Assembly: GCF_000016745.1 (NCBI RefSeq)
Contig: NC_009483.1
Span: 90,001 to 122,000 of the forward strand
DNA length: 32,000 bases
Source of the DNA: Geotalea uraniireducens Rf4
Lineage (GTDB): Bacteria; Desulfobacterota; Desulfuromonadia; Geobacterales; Geobacteraceae
Direction of reading: 5' to 3'
Part shown: positions 1 to 10,000 of the stretch, piece after piece
How positions within the stretch are numbered: the first letter of the stretch is position 1
Layout: every line of letters begins with the position of its first letter
Translations under genes and position numbers: made by a program
The notes under the pieces: model-generated
What the model was told of the DNA's origin: nothing
Seen by the model: the letters and a program-made list of their open reading frames with translations, nothing else
The model's database searches: none

Positions 1-1
1 C

Positions 2-2233
2 CCAACGAACCAGGACAGCCAGCCCGTAAGCGGCACCAGGGAAGAGGGGGCATCGATTGTCGTATCCTGCGCAACGGCCACCGTTGGAGCTGTGGAATAC
101 CCGACCTCCACCAGCTGGCGTGCCGCATTGGGCGGGCTGAGCGCAGGCATCAACACCATCAGCGTCTTTGCCTTGGATGCCGCCACAAACCAGAGCACGG
201 CCACCACCCAGATTTTCTACGACACAACCCCTCCAGTCGGCAGCATTGCCATCAACAACGGAGCAGGAGCCACCGCCTCCAGTCAGGTCACCTTGACGCT
301 TGCGGCAGGCGACGAGAGCGGTGTATCCAAGATGCGCATCAGTAACGATGGCAACGTATGGAGCGATCCAGAAAATTATGTCACAACTCGGGGCTGGTAC
401 CTTACCCAAGGTGACGAACTCAAACGGGTTTACGTCTCCTATCAGGACCTGGCCGGCAATTGGTCTGTGCCCGTAGTCGCCGAAATTGTGCTCGACACCA
501 CACCTCCTGCGCTCTCCGTCTCCCCTGCGGGAGGCATCTATAATACTGCCCGCAGTGTCATCCTCTCAGCCAATGAGCCTTCCGTCATCCGCTACACTGT
601 CGATGGCTCCACACCCGATGCTACTTCGGTCGTCTACCAGACGCCGATTCAGATAGCAGCCAGCACAACCCTCCGCTTCTTGGCTATCGATAACGTCGGC
701 AACGACAGTGAAGTGAAAACCGAAGACTACATAATCGACACCGTTCCGCCATCCCTCACTGTCTCCACCCTGGCCGATGGCGCCTACACCAACATCCAGG
801 TACTCAACGTTGCCGGTTCAGCAACAGACTCCTCCGGAATCAAGTCACTCGTCATCAATGGTGTCGACATGGCGCTGAACCAGGACGGCAGCTTCAGTCA
901 GGCTCTGGTGCTTCAACCAGGTCCCAACGCCCTAACCGTCGTCGTCACGGACCTGGCGGGCAACAACAGCACCGATGTCCGTATCATCAACCTGGACATG
1001 ACCGCGCCGTTGCTCACAATCATCGCTCCGGCCGACAACGCCAAGACCGCGTCGGCCATCATGAGCGTCACCGGGACAGTCAACGAGACCTCGACCGTCA
1101 CGGTCAAACTGGGGGCATCCGTCCAGCAGGCCGCCATGGACGGCACCGGATTCAGCGCCTCGGTCAGCCTGATCCCCGGCATCAACACCATCGAAGTCAC
1201 CGCAACCGATCTGGCCGGCAACACCAGCAGCCAGAAGCGGACGGTGATCTACGACGACCAGAAGCCGTCCCTGGCCGTCATCGATCCGCCCCAGGATATC
1301 CGCACCAACCAGTCCGGTTTGATCCTCATGGGTACTGCCTCCGATCCCTACACCCAGGTCGGCGTCACCATAACCATGGACGGGCAGAGCTACACGCCCC
1401 AGCTGGTCAACGACAGCTTCCAGCAGGCGCTCACCTTCACCCAGGAAAAGAGCTATGCCATCGTGGTTACCGCCGCCAACGAGGTGGGGAGCAGCACCAC
1501 GACCCAACGCAACGTCATCTACGACACCACCCCGCCGGCCCTGGCCATCAACCCGGTGCAAAGCCCGATCACAGCCAGTTCCGTACTGCTCAGCGGCACC
1601 AGGGAAACCGACCTCACGGTCACCGTCGCCTGCCCAACCGCGACGGTAGGCACGATCATCTACCCCACACCCACTACCTGGCAGATACAGGTGAGCGGCA
1701 TGTCGCTGGGCGAGCATATCGTCACTGCAGAGTCCACCGATACCGCCAACAACACCTCTATCGTATCGGTCAGGATCGTGGTGCAGCAATCTGGAGCGGA
1801 CATTGTCCTGACGCCGTCTCCAACGATCATTTGGCCACCCAATCACAAAATGGTGCCGGTTACCATCAACGGCGTGCTGAACGTGCCCCCTGCCGATCTC
1901 AAATCGCTGAATATCACCCTGACCGATGAATACGGCGAGTACAACTTCACGAAACTCACTTTGGGGAGCATCGTGCTTCTGGAGGCTTGGCGAAACGGCA
2001 ACGACATGGATGGAAGGAAATACACCTTCACCGCTGTTTTAACGCGAAAAGATGGCAGCAAAACATTTGCAAGCGCAGTTGTGTTGGTTCCCCATGACAT
2101 GTCGAGTGACGGGAACTGCGGCGACAAGGGTGATGACAAAGATGACAAAGATGACAAGGATGACAAGGATGATGATCACCACCAAGATGACGATCATAAG
2201 GGAGAAATAGATAAGAACGACAGGGGCAGGTAA
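2..2233 (+). CDS. Large secreted/cell-surface repeat protein, 5'-truncated at the window edge (tandem Ig-like beta-sandwich modules plus an acidic D/K/H-rich tail)
   Basis: The frame of the listed 92..2233 ORF stays open back to nt 2 with no stop, so the N-terminus lies upstream of the window. Stop is TAA at 2231-2233. The translation shows about 7 successive ~80-100 aa modules. Each opens with a TTPP / DTVPP / DMTAP / DQKPS-type boundary and closes with D(L/N)AGNxS, as in bacterial Ig-like surface repeats. 'IRYTVDGSTPDATSVVYQTPIQIAASTTLRFLAIDNVGN' resembles a chitobiase/hexosaminidase C-terminal-like module. Family names are from memory, not searched. Confidence 0.8.
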   Translation, partial: PTNQDSQPVSGTREEGASIVVSCATATVGAVEYPTSTSWRAALGGLSAGINTISVFALDAATNQSTATTQIFYDTTPPVGSIAINNGAGATASSQVTLTLAAGDESGVSKMRISNDGNVWSDPENYVTTRGWYLTQGDELKRVYVSYQDLAGNWSVPVVAEIVLDTTPPALSVSPAGGIYNTARSVILSANEPSVIRYTVDGSTPDATSVVYQTPIQIAASTTLRFLAIDNVGNDSEVKTEDYIIDTVPPSLTVSTLADGAYTNIQVLNVAGSATDSSGIKSLVINGVDMALNQDGSFSQALVLQPGPNALTVVVTDLAGNNSTDVRIINLDMTAPLLTIIAPADNAKTASAIMSVTGTVNETSTVTVKLGASVQQAAMDGTGFSASVSLIPGINTIEVTATDLAGNTSSQKRTVIYDDQKPSLAVIDPPQDIRTNQSGLILMGTASDPYTQVGVTITMDGQSYTPQLVNDSFQQALTFTQEKSYAIVVTAANEVGSSTTTQRNVIYDTTPPALAINPVQSPITASSVLLSGTRETDLTVTVACPTATVGTIIYPTPTTWQIQVSGMSLGEHIVTAESTDTANNTSIVSVRIVVQQSGADIVLTPSPTIIWPPNHKMVPVTINGVLNVPPADLKSLNITLTDEYGEYNFTKLTLGSIVLLEAWRNGNDMDGRKYTFTAVLTRKDGSKTFASAVVLVPHDMSSDGNCGDKGDDKDDKDDKDDKDDDHHQDDDHKGEIDKNDRGR
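2132..2167 (+). repeat. 4 x 9-nt in-frame tandem repeat GATGACAAR encoding (DDK)n in the tail of the surface protein
   Basis: Read directly: gatgacaaa gatgacaaa gatgacaag gatgacaag, followed by gatgatgat. The encoded tail is ..GDDKDDKDDKDDKDDDHHQDDDHKGEIDKNDRGR. Confidence 0.9.
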
Positions 2234-2422
2234 GAATGTTATGGCGATCAGCCTGGTTGCAGAGCTGTCCCTGAATCGATTTTGATTATTTCCCTCGTAG
2301 CGTAATTCTGGGGAGATATCGAACTGCCTTGCGTGATTATCATATTCTTCTCATATTGACTGCGGACCATACAGCGCTAAGCTTTGTAAGTGTACGCAAA
2401 ACAGAATCCCGGAGAAGTCGAC

Positions 2423-3313
2423 ATGAACGTTAAGCACACTCCAGGCGGATTGCTGCGTGCTGCTCTCAGCGAGGAAAAGCCGCTGCAGGTTGCCGGGGTT
2501 ATCAATGCCTATGCAGCCCTGATGGCGGAGCAAAGCGGATTTCGTGCCCTGTATCTTTCCGGGGCCGGCGTGGCCAATGCTTCCTTCGGCCTCCCCGATC
2601 TGGGGATGACCACTCTTACGGATGTACTGGAAGATCTGCGGCGAATAACCGGTGCCACCGGTCTGCCGCTCCTGGTTGACGTGGACACCGGCTGGGGACA
2701 CGCGTTCATGATCGGCCGCACCATCCGGGAGATGAGCCGGGCAGGAGCCGCCGGGGTACATATTGAGGATCAGGTGGTTACCAAGCGGTGCGGACATCGG
2801 CCGGGCAAGGCTCTGGTCGGCGCCGAAGAGATGGTGGATCGGATCAAGGCGGCGGTAGATGCCCGGATCGACCCCGATTTCGTCATCATGGCCCGGACCG
2901 ATGCGGTGGCGGTGGAAGGACTGGAAGCCGCCATCGAGCGGGCCTGCCGCTACCGTGACGCCGGAGCGGACATGCTCTTCCCCGAGGCACTCACCGAGCT
3001 TTCCCACTATCGGCGGTTTGCGGATGCAACCGGCCTGCCGGTGCTCGCCAACATGACCGAGTTCGGCGTCACCCCCTTGTTTGATATCGAGGAACTCGCC
3101 GCCGCCGGTGTGAGCCTGGCCCTCTATCCGCTCTCGGCATTCCGTGCCATGTCTGCCGCAGCCCTGCGGGTTTACCGGGCGATCCGGGAGGAGGGGACGC
3201 AGAAGAGTGTCGTTGACATCATGCAGAGCCGTGCCGAACTCTATGCGTTCCTCGGCTACCATGACTACGAACGTAAACTGGACGAGCTGTTCGGAAAGGA
3301 GGAAAAACTATGA
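2423..3313 (+). CDS. prpB: 2-methylisocitrate lyase (PEP mutase / isocitrate lyase superfamily)
   Basis: ATG 2423 is preceded by GGAGAAG (2411-2417). The listed start at 2390 is 11 codons upstream and lacks an RBS. The translation carries superfamily hallmarks (DVDTGWG, EDQV..KRCGH) and resembles PrpB over its full length. The TGA stop at 3311-3313 overlaps the prpC ATG (ATGA), suggesting translational coupling. Confidence 0.9.
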   Translation: MNVKHTPGGLLRAALSEEKPLQVAGVINAYAALMAEQSGFRALYLSGAGVANASFGLPDLGMTTLTDVLEDLRRITGATGLPLLVDVDTGWGHAFMIGRTIREMSRAGAAGVHIEDQVVTKRCGHRPGKALVGAEEMVDRIKAAVDARIDPDFVIMARTDAVAVEGLEAAIERACRYRDAGADMLFPEALTELSHYRRFADATGLPVLANMTEFGVTPLFDIEELAAAGVSLALYPLSAFRAMSAAALRVYRAIREEGTQKSVVDIMQSRAELYAFLGYHDYERKLDELFGKEEKL

Positions 3314-4428
3314 ACGGGACTTACAGCCCTGGGCTGGAAGGGGTAGTTGCAGGTGAAACGGCGATCAGTACGGTGGGGAAAAAGGGGCGGGGCCTCACCT
3401 ACCGCGGCTATGCAATCGACGATCTGGCCCGGCAGTCGACCTTCGAGGAGGTGGCGCATCTTCTGATCCACGGCAAACTTCCCAACCGGGAAAATCTGGC
3501 GCTCTTCCGGAATCGGCTCATGGCCCTGCGCAGCCTGCCGGCCGAACTGAAGACGGTTCTCGAACAGTTGCCGGCGTCAGCCCACCCCATGGACGTGCTC
3601 CGCACCGGATGTTCAGCCCTCGGCGCCATCGAACCTGAGGCTACGAGTTCTGAAATCCGGGTAGCGGAACGGCTTCTCGCCTCTTTTCCTTCCATGCTCC
3701 TGTACTGGCACCATTATCAAACAGGCGGCCGGCGCATCTCTACGGAATCCGGCGAGGAGAGTATGGCAGGGCACTTCCTGGCGCTGTTCCACGGGAAAAA
3801 ACCGGAGGACCTGCAACGCCGGGCAGTGGATGCTTCCCTCATCCTCTACGCAGAGCATGAGTTTAACGCCTCCACCTTTTCCGCCCGTGTTACCGCTTCC
3901 ACCCTGTCCGACTTCTACTCGGCCATTACCTCCGCCATAGGGACGCTGCGCGGGCCGTTGCACGGCGGCGCCAATGAGGAGGCGATGCGCCTGATCAGCC
4001 GCTTCGGCTCGGCGGATGAGGCAGAACAAGGTCTTCTTGAAATGCTGGCACGCAAGGAAAAGATCATGGGGTTCGGTCACAGGGTTTACAAGGAAATGGA
4101 CCCGCGTTCTCCCATCATCCGGAAATGGTCGCAAAAGCTCTCTGAAGCCGGCGGCAACATGCTGCTTTACCAGGTATCCGAGCGGATCGAGAAAGTAATG
4201 CTGCGCGAGAAGCGGCTCTTTCCCAACCTTGATTTTTACAGCGCCTCCGCTTACCACCTCTGCGGCATCCCGACGACCATGTTCACACCGCTCTTCGTTT
4301 TTGCCCGTGTTGCCGGCTGGTCGGCCCACGTCATGGAGCAGCGCGCCGCAAACCGCATCTTCCGGCCGATCGCCGAATATACAGGGCCGGAACCGATGGC
4401 GTATCTGCCCATGGATCAGAGGGGATAG
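3310..4428 (+). CDS. prpC: 2-methylcitrate synthase (citrate synthase family)
   Basis: Citrate-synthase signature [14 protein letters not shown] and N-terminal [22 protein letters not shown]. Its position between prpB and prpD argues for the methylcitrate enzyme rather than the housekeeping citrate synthase. Confidence 0.88.
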   Translation: MNGTYSPGLEGVVAGETAISTVGKKGRGLTYRGYAIDDLARQSTFEEVAHLLIHGKLPNRENLALFRNRLMALRSLPAELKTVLEQLPASAHPMDVLRTGCSALGAIEPEATSSEIRVAERLLASFPSMLLYWHHYQTGGRRISTESGEESMAGHFLALFHGKKPEDLQRRAVDASLILYAEHEFNASTFSARVTASTLSDFYSAITSAIGTLRGPLHGGANEEAMRLISRFGSADEAEQGLLEMLARKEKIMGFGHRVYKEMDPRSPIIRKWSQKLSEAGGNMLLYQVSERIEKVMLREKRLFPNLDFYSASAYHLCGIPTTMFTPLFVFARVAGWSAHVMEQRAANRIFRPIAEYTGPEPMAYLPMDQRG

Positions 4429-4435
4429 AAAAGCC

Positions 4436-5881
4436 ATGACGACCCTGGCCGACATGAACATCCGCCCCTCTCCGGACCCGGAGATGGCGGCGATAGCCGA
4501 CTATCTGTGCGATTGCGAGATAACGAGCGAAGAGGCTTATGAAACCGCCCGCCATTGTCTCATGGACAGCCTGGGGTGCGCCATGCTGGCGCTACGCTTT
4601 CCGGAATGTACGAAGCTTCTCGGTCCCCATGTCCCCGGCTCCACGGTGCCGCTCGGGGTAAGAGTCCCCGGCACCGGCTTTGAACTCGATCCGGTCAAGG
4701 CAGCTTTCGACATCGGCGTACTCATCCGCTGGCTCGACTTCAACGATACCTGGCTCGCCGCCGAATGGGGGCACCCCTCCGACAACCTCGGGGGGATTCT
4801 GGCGGTGGCCGATTTCATCTGTCGCCGGAGGGTTGCCGAAGGGAAGGCCCCACTGGTGATGCGCGATGTACTGACCGCCATGATCAAGGCCTATGAGATC
4901 CAGGGGGTGATGGCGCTGGAAAACGGCTTCAACCGGGTGGGACTCGATCATGTGGTGCTGGTCAAACTCGCCTCCGCGGCGGTGGCAACCCGGATGCTGG
5001 GCGGCGGCAGGGAGGAAATCATCAATGCTGTTTCCCAGGTCTGGGTGGATGGTCAGAGTCTCCGCACCTACCGTCACGCTCCCAATACGGGAAGCCGCAA
5101 GTCGTGGGCTGCAGGAGACGCCGCGAGCCGGGGAGTCCGCCTGGCGCTTCTCACCATGGCGGGTGAAAGCGGCTATCCAGGCGCCCTTACCGCCGGAACC
5201 TGGGGGTTTTATGACGTTTCCTTCCGGGGGGAACGGTTCCGCTTCCAGCGACCCTATGGTTCCCATGTCATGGAGAACATTCTGTTCAAAATCGCCTTTC
5301 CCGCCGAGTTTCACGCCCAGACAGCAGTGGAGTGCGCCATCAAGCTTCATGGCCAGGTCAGGGGAAGGCTCGACGACATCGAGCGGGTCGTCATAACCAC
5401 CCAGGAATCGGCCGTCCGGATCATCAGCAAGAGCGGCCCGCTTTACAACCCAGCAGACCGCGACCACTGCATTCAGTATATGGTGGCCATCGGCCTCATC
5501 TTCGGCGAACTGACCGCCGACCATTATGCGGCTGCCGTGGCTGCGGACCCACGTATCGACCGGTTGCGCGAGAGGATGGAAGTAATGGAAGACCCTCGTT
5601 ACAGCAAGGAGTACCTCCACCCTGACAAGCGTTCTATCGCCAATGCCGTAGAGATATTCTTCAAGGATGGCGGCAGCACCGGGAAGGTGGAGGTGGAGTT
5701 TCCCCTCGGCCATCGCCGGCGTCGGGCAGAAGGTCTCCCTCTCTTGTTGCAGAAATGCGAGTCGAATCTTGCCGGTCGTCTCCCCGCCGGACAAGTGGAG
5801 AAGATAATGGCACTCTGCCTCGACCGGCAGCGCCTGGAGAGCATGACTGTCGAGGCGTTCATGGGGCTGTTCGTGGGCTGA
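4436..5881 (+). CDS. prpD: 2-methylcitrate dehydratase (MmgE/PrpD family)
   Basis: ATG 4436 lies 7 nt after the prpC stop. The listed start at 4229 overlaps prpC in another frame and is rejected. The protein looks PrpD-like over its full length (..[12 protein letters not shown].., ..[17 protein letters not shown]..). Confidence 0.88.
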   Translation: MTTLADMNIRPSPDPEMAAIADYLCDCEITSEEAYETARHCLMDSLGCAMLALRFPECTKLLGPHVPGSTVPLGVRVPGTGFELDPVKAAFDIGVLIRWLDFNDTWLAAEWGHPSDNLGGILAVADFICRRRVAEGKAPLVMRDVLTAMIKAYEIQGVMALENGFNRVGLDHVVLVKLASAAVATRMLGGGREEIINAVSQVWVDGQSLRTYRHAPNTGSRKSWAAGDAASRGVRLALLTMAGESGYPGALTAGTWGFYDVSFRGERFRFQRPYGSHVMENILFKIAFPAEFHAQTAVECAIKLHGQVRGRLDDIERVVITTQESAVRIISKSGPLYNPADRDHCIQYMVAIGLIFGELTADHYAAAVAADPRIDRLRERMEVMEDPRYSKEYLHPDKRSIANAVEIFFKDGGSTGKVEVEFPLGHRRRRAEGLPLLLQKCESNLAGRLPAGQVEKIMALCLDRQRLESMTVEAFMGLFVG

Positions 5882-6021
5882 AGTGCAGGGAACGATTCCA
5901 GTCAAGACCTTTGAACCGCAAAGCCGCCAAGGACGCAAAGAGAACTAACCCGCGATTCGCCGCAGGGGGACATCTACATTGCCAGTAGCGGGGTATGCAA
6001 GGTAGGGGATAATGTGTTTTG

Positions 6022-6603
6022 TTAATAATCGATTCCTGGCTGAGGCTCGATCCTCTTGCGGTAGGCGTGCTTGATCTCTTGAATCTCGCTGACTGTGTCG
6101 GCCAGCTCGATCACCTGCGGGTGGGCATCTCGGCCGGTGAGGATCAGATGCATCATCGGCGGTTTAATGCGGAGGATCTCCAGAACCTGTTCCAGGTCGA
6201 CCAGCTTGAGCTTGATGGCGTTGTTGATTTCGTCGAGGATCATAAGGTCATAGTTATGGGATGATATCTTCTCCTGGACGAGGTCGATGGCATCCTGGGC
6301 GTTGGCCCTGTGCTCGTCCCACGGGTAAGGGTTTCCCAGGATGCCGCAGAACCCCTTGCCGGTGGCGTGCAGCTCGATGGCGCAGTTCATCCGCTTGATG
6401 CTGTCCCACTCCCCGGCGTAGAGGTCACCCTTCATGAACTGGATGATGCAGACCCGCATGCCGTGGCCGCAGGCACGCAACGCCATCCCAAGCGCCGAGG
6501 TGGTCTTCCCCTTGCCGTGACCGGTGATGACCACGATCAGCCCCTGACGCACCTTGGGTTCGAACCGTTCGATCGTGTCGGGTGGTGTACCGCGTTTGAC
6601 CAT
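6022..6603 (-). CDS. cobO: Cob(I)yrinic acid a,c-diamide / cob(I)alamin adenosyltransferase (CobA/CobO/BtuR family)
   Basis: P-loop ITGHGKGKTTSALG followed by IQFMKG... and ILDEI, typical of the CobA/CobO family. ATG is at 6601-6603 on the minus strand with GGAGG 6 nt upstream. The gene is convergent with prpD. Confidence 0.85.
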   Translation of the reverse strand: MVKRGTPPDTIERFEPKVRQGLIVVITGHGKGKTTSALGMALRACGHGMRVCIIQFMKGDLYAGEWDSIKRMNCAIELHATGKGFCGILGNPYPWDEHRANAQDAIDLVQEKISSHNYDLMILDEINNAIKLKLVDLEQVLEILRIKPPMMHLILTGRDAHPQVIELADTVSEIQEIKHAYRKRIEPQPGIDY

Positions 6604-6847
6604 TGTTTCGCCTCCAGCTAATCTCTTACCTTCGCCATCTCAAGACCCGCCCCCAAGTCTTAACTCCCGCTCCGCTCTTTTGCCTCGGCCATCTCCTTCA
6701 GGCTCAGTACTGCTCGGGCATGTTCTCCTGGATAAGTTTTTCCGCTCATAAAGTGTAGCAGGATTACCTGAATTGTATATCGGGAAAAATGCGACAATCA
6801 CCGGAAAACAGACGTTCATTGTACACCTCTGTATACGCATAAAATGT

Positions 6848-6863
6848 TGGCATTAATTGTGCT
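6848..6863 (+). promoter_or_regulatory. Candidate sigma-54 (-24/-12) promoter upstream of the cytochrome operon
   Basis: TGGCATTAATTGTGCT compared with the consensus TGGCACG-N4-TTGCW. GG (6849-6850) and GC (6861-6862) have exact consensus spacing. It sits in the AT-rich 6840-7030 stretch, ~210 nt upstream of ATG 7075. This is pattern match only. Confidence 0.35.
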
Positions 6864-7005
6864 TAACATAACCTGTTAATTGCAATGTTTGAATGTAATC
6901 AGAGTGATAATAGCCAGTTAGCAAAATTATCTCATAATAAATTAAATCTAATTAGCGTGATTAGGCGGAGCTTGCCGTTATATTTCAAGGGTTTTTCCGG
7001 GCCTG

Positions 7006-7011
7006 TATAAT
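7006..7011 (+). promoter_or_regulatory. Candidate sigma-70 -10 hexamer (TATAAT), an alternative promoter for the cytochrome operon
   Basis: Perfect TATAAT at 7006-7011, ~64 nt before ATG 7075. Only a weak -35 (tttcaa, 6983-6988) is present at 17-nt spacing. Confidence 0.25.
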
Positions 7012-7074
7012 GATTTAAGCTTAATTAAATTATTGGTGCGGGGCCGATTCGCAGTCAAAGGGGAGAGAAACTAT

Positions 7075-10000
7075 ATGAGACACCGGATAGTGGGAAATGT
7101 TGCTGCAGAGAGCAGCAAAGCCCGGATAAGTGTCATGGCAGTTGTTGGCATGGCCATTCTGATCATTGGTTTTTTTATAGCGGATAATATTTCCCCCGCA
7201 ACTGCAAATGCCGCCGCTCCCCAATTGATCCATAACAGCGTTAACAGTGCTTCTGGCAAATATGGTACTTGGGGAACCGAGTATACCTGCGGCACCTGCC
7301 ATAACAAACTGGCGAAAAACAATATAAAGTATGTCAACTATACCATTGCCACCCCGACCGGAAAAAGGCGGGTCATCTTTGACCGCTATACCGCTACGTC
7401 CAATGCTGTGACCGGTGTGTTCGGCAATGACTTACGGACGAGCTATGTCGACGGCTCCCGCAATGTCTGCGAGGTTTGCCATCACAGGACTATTTACCAC
7501 AACTACAGTGCCACCAAACTCGTTCAAACCGGAAACTCTCTGACTCACCCGGAACACAAGAGCAACAAGAAGGACTGCAATGCCTGCCATAAGCACAACC
7601 TGGGTTATCGTCCCCCACAGCCCGGGTTGTGTACGGACTGCCACGGCGTCCCGCCGACCAATCCATCACAGCTTATAAGCAACGCCCTCGGTCCCATTCC
7701 CCCCGTCGATGCGGGTGCGCACGGCACCCACCGTTCACAGGAAGGGATGGAGTGCAGCACCTGCCACAACAATTTTGGCCATGGTCTGCTTGGCAACAGC
7801 ATGATCGAATTCGGCTTCAGGATCGACAGGAAGACCTGGACGGCATTTTCCGGCATCTCCACAGTAATGTCCGGTACAATCACTGCCACCGATAATGCGG
7901 CGTTCAACAACAATTTTGCCGTTGCTCCAGGGAACCCTGGTACGGTGCTCAACCGCACCACTGCGTGGGGAACGACATGCAGTGTTTACTGTCATGGCGA
8001 TGGGTGGGCGGCTCCATCGGGTAAGGCTCTCACGGGAGAGATTTCCTGGGCAAACGGACCCCTTGGTTCCTGCAGTGTCGCGGCTTGTCACGGCACCACC
8101 TCTGCGAACCCGCCGAACCCGGGGATCCCCGGTGCACATACGAGGCATGTGGGTGACCTGCAGTTGGCCTGCACCAAGTGCCACCCCGACTACGTCAGCC
8201 CACACATGGTCAATGGGCATGTGACCTGGAATATGTCCGGTCAGGGTGCTGCCGCCACATATAAAGGGTATCAGCATTTTTCAACTGCAACACTTCCCGG
8301 TGTCGCCCCCTACGGGGATTGCGACAACATATACTGCCACAGCAATGTCCAGCCGCAGGGAGGAGTCGGCGGGCCGGATAATTACAAGCTGGTCAGATGG
8401 GGCAGTTCAACAACATTGACATGCGACGGCTGCCACGGCGGCAAGCGGACCGATGCTGCGCCGATAGGTACCGGCGCCCATCCCAAACATATCAGCAATT
8501 ACGCCTATGTCTGTGGTGACTGCCACTTCGGTGCCGGCGCCGACGGCACACTCATGAACCACCTGAACAATAATGTCGAGGTTGTCTTCAACACCTATAG
8601 CGGAAGTTACGGCCAGATGCCGACCAACACACCAGGCAACGGCTACGATAACTGCTCGGCAAACTACTGCCACAGTGATGGTAAAGGGAATAAGAGGGTG
8701 ATTGGTTGGGGAACTGCAGGTCCTCTGGCATGTACAGCCTGCCACAAGGCAGATCAGGCTGGGAATGCCGTAAATACCGGCAAGCATACCGCCCATGTGG
8801 ATAATGCCGGTTTCCTCGGCACAAACTACGGCTGCGTCACCTGTCACGCCAATACCGTCAGTGATAATACTACAATCAGCAATATCTCAAAGCACGTCAA
8901 CAAACTGGCCGACTACTCTGGCGCCAGGGCCGGGCGCTACAATTCTTCAACCGGCACCTGTTCCGTCTCTTACTGCCACAGTGACGGCAAGGGGGGCTCA
9001 CCGGCCATAGCTGTCAGCTGGAAAGACGGCTCGGTAATAAATGATTGCAAAGGATGCCACGGCAACTCATCAGGAGGGACCTTTGTCAGCGCCTCGGGTG
9101 AGCCAAATTACGCGAACACGGGTGCCGATACCACCTTCGCCAACAGCCACGATCGCCACATGGGCGGTGTAGGCATGTCTACCTGTGTCTATTGTCACAA
9201 TGACACGGTGTCGGATACGGGTCTCAAGACCAATACATTCCATCTCAATGGCTCCAAGAACGTTGCAGCCGGTGGAGGCAAGAGCTTTACATATCTGGGT
9301 AACCGGACTTGCTCGAACATCAGCTGCCATGGTGGCCCCTCCAGCATCAAATGGGGGCAGTCTCTCCCTGCAGACTGTACCGGCTGTCATGGCAACAACG
9401 CCCTGAGCTTCGCCCCGATAAGCTCTGGCAAGCACAAGGCCCATATGAACAACGAAACAGTGCTCGGCAAAAACAGCCGTTGTGCAACCTGCCACGCACT
9501 GACTGCCAATTCCGATGACAGAAGCATTGCCGATGTTTCTGTTCACGGCAACGGCTTCAAAAACTACACCGGCTCGCTGGCCGGCAGCAGGAGCAGCTAC
9601 TCGACCGCTACCGGCGTCTGTTCGGCCAGTTACTGTCACACCGACGGTAAAGGAGTACAGAATCTGCCCTTCACCAGCCTCAACGGCTGGAAATCCACTG
9701 CTACCCTCGATTGTACCGGGTGTCACGGCAACAGCAGTCCGGCAGACTTTGCCTCTACCGCTGGCGAACCTAACTATGTCAGCGCCGGTGCCGGGACGTT
9801 ACGGGCCAATGACCATAAAAACCATGTGGACAGTGGAGCAGCCAGCTGTGTCTTCTGTCATGCCGATACGGCTTCCGTTACCGGGAGCATTTTTCTCAAC
9901 TCCAGTACCCATGTCAACAGGCGTATCGATGTCAAGGCAGGCAATGGTAAAACATTTACCTACAGCGCCGGCAAGACCTGCGGCGACATCAGCTGCCATG

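Noticed and set aside
4229-4435. N-terminal extension of the prpD ORF (track start 4229).
   Set aside because: It overlaps the 3' end of prpC in a different frame and translates to Ser/Arg/Pro-rich junk. ATG 4436, directly after the prpC stop, gives the conserved PrpD N-terminus.
913-5938. Long antisense or off-frame ORFs over the surface-protein and prp genes (e.g. 932..1846 -, 2351..3262 -, 3613..4461 -, 4592..5938 -, 4950..5396 +).
   Set aside because: Their translations are Arg/Gly/Pro/Ala-rich low-complexity strings typical of non-coding frames in GC-rich DNA. The sense frames have clear family signatures (PrpB, PrpC, PrpD, Ig-like repeats). They also lack RBS and start context.
6019-6621. 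Plus-strand ORFs 6019..6264 and 6310..6621 antisense to cobO.
   Set aside because: The minus-strand frame has the CobO P-loop and full-length family resemblance. The plus-strand translations have no features.
6604-6840. Possible cobalamin riboswitch in the cobO leader on the minus strand. A B12-box-like string CCAGGAGAACATGCCC and GGTAATCC were noticed.
   Set aside because: I could not find the other conserved core elements (GGGAA...GGTGAAA.TCC...CCCGC.ACTGTA-type segments) in the right order. The resemblance is limited to one short box. Only a covariance-model scan (Rfam RF00174) could settle it. The 66-aa ORF 6640..6840 on the minus strand also looks non-coding.
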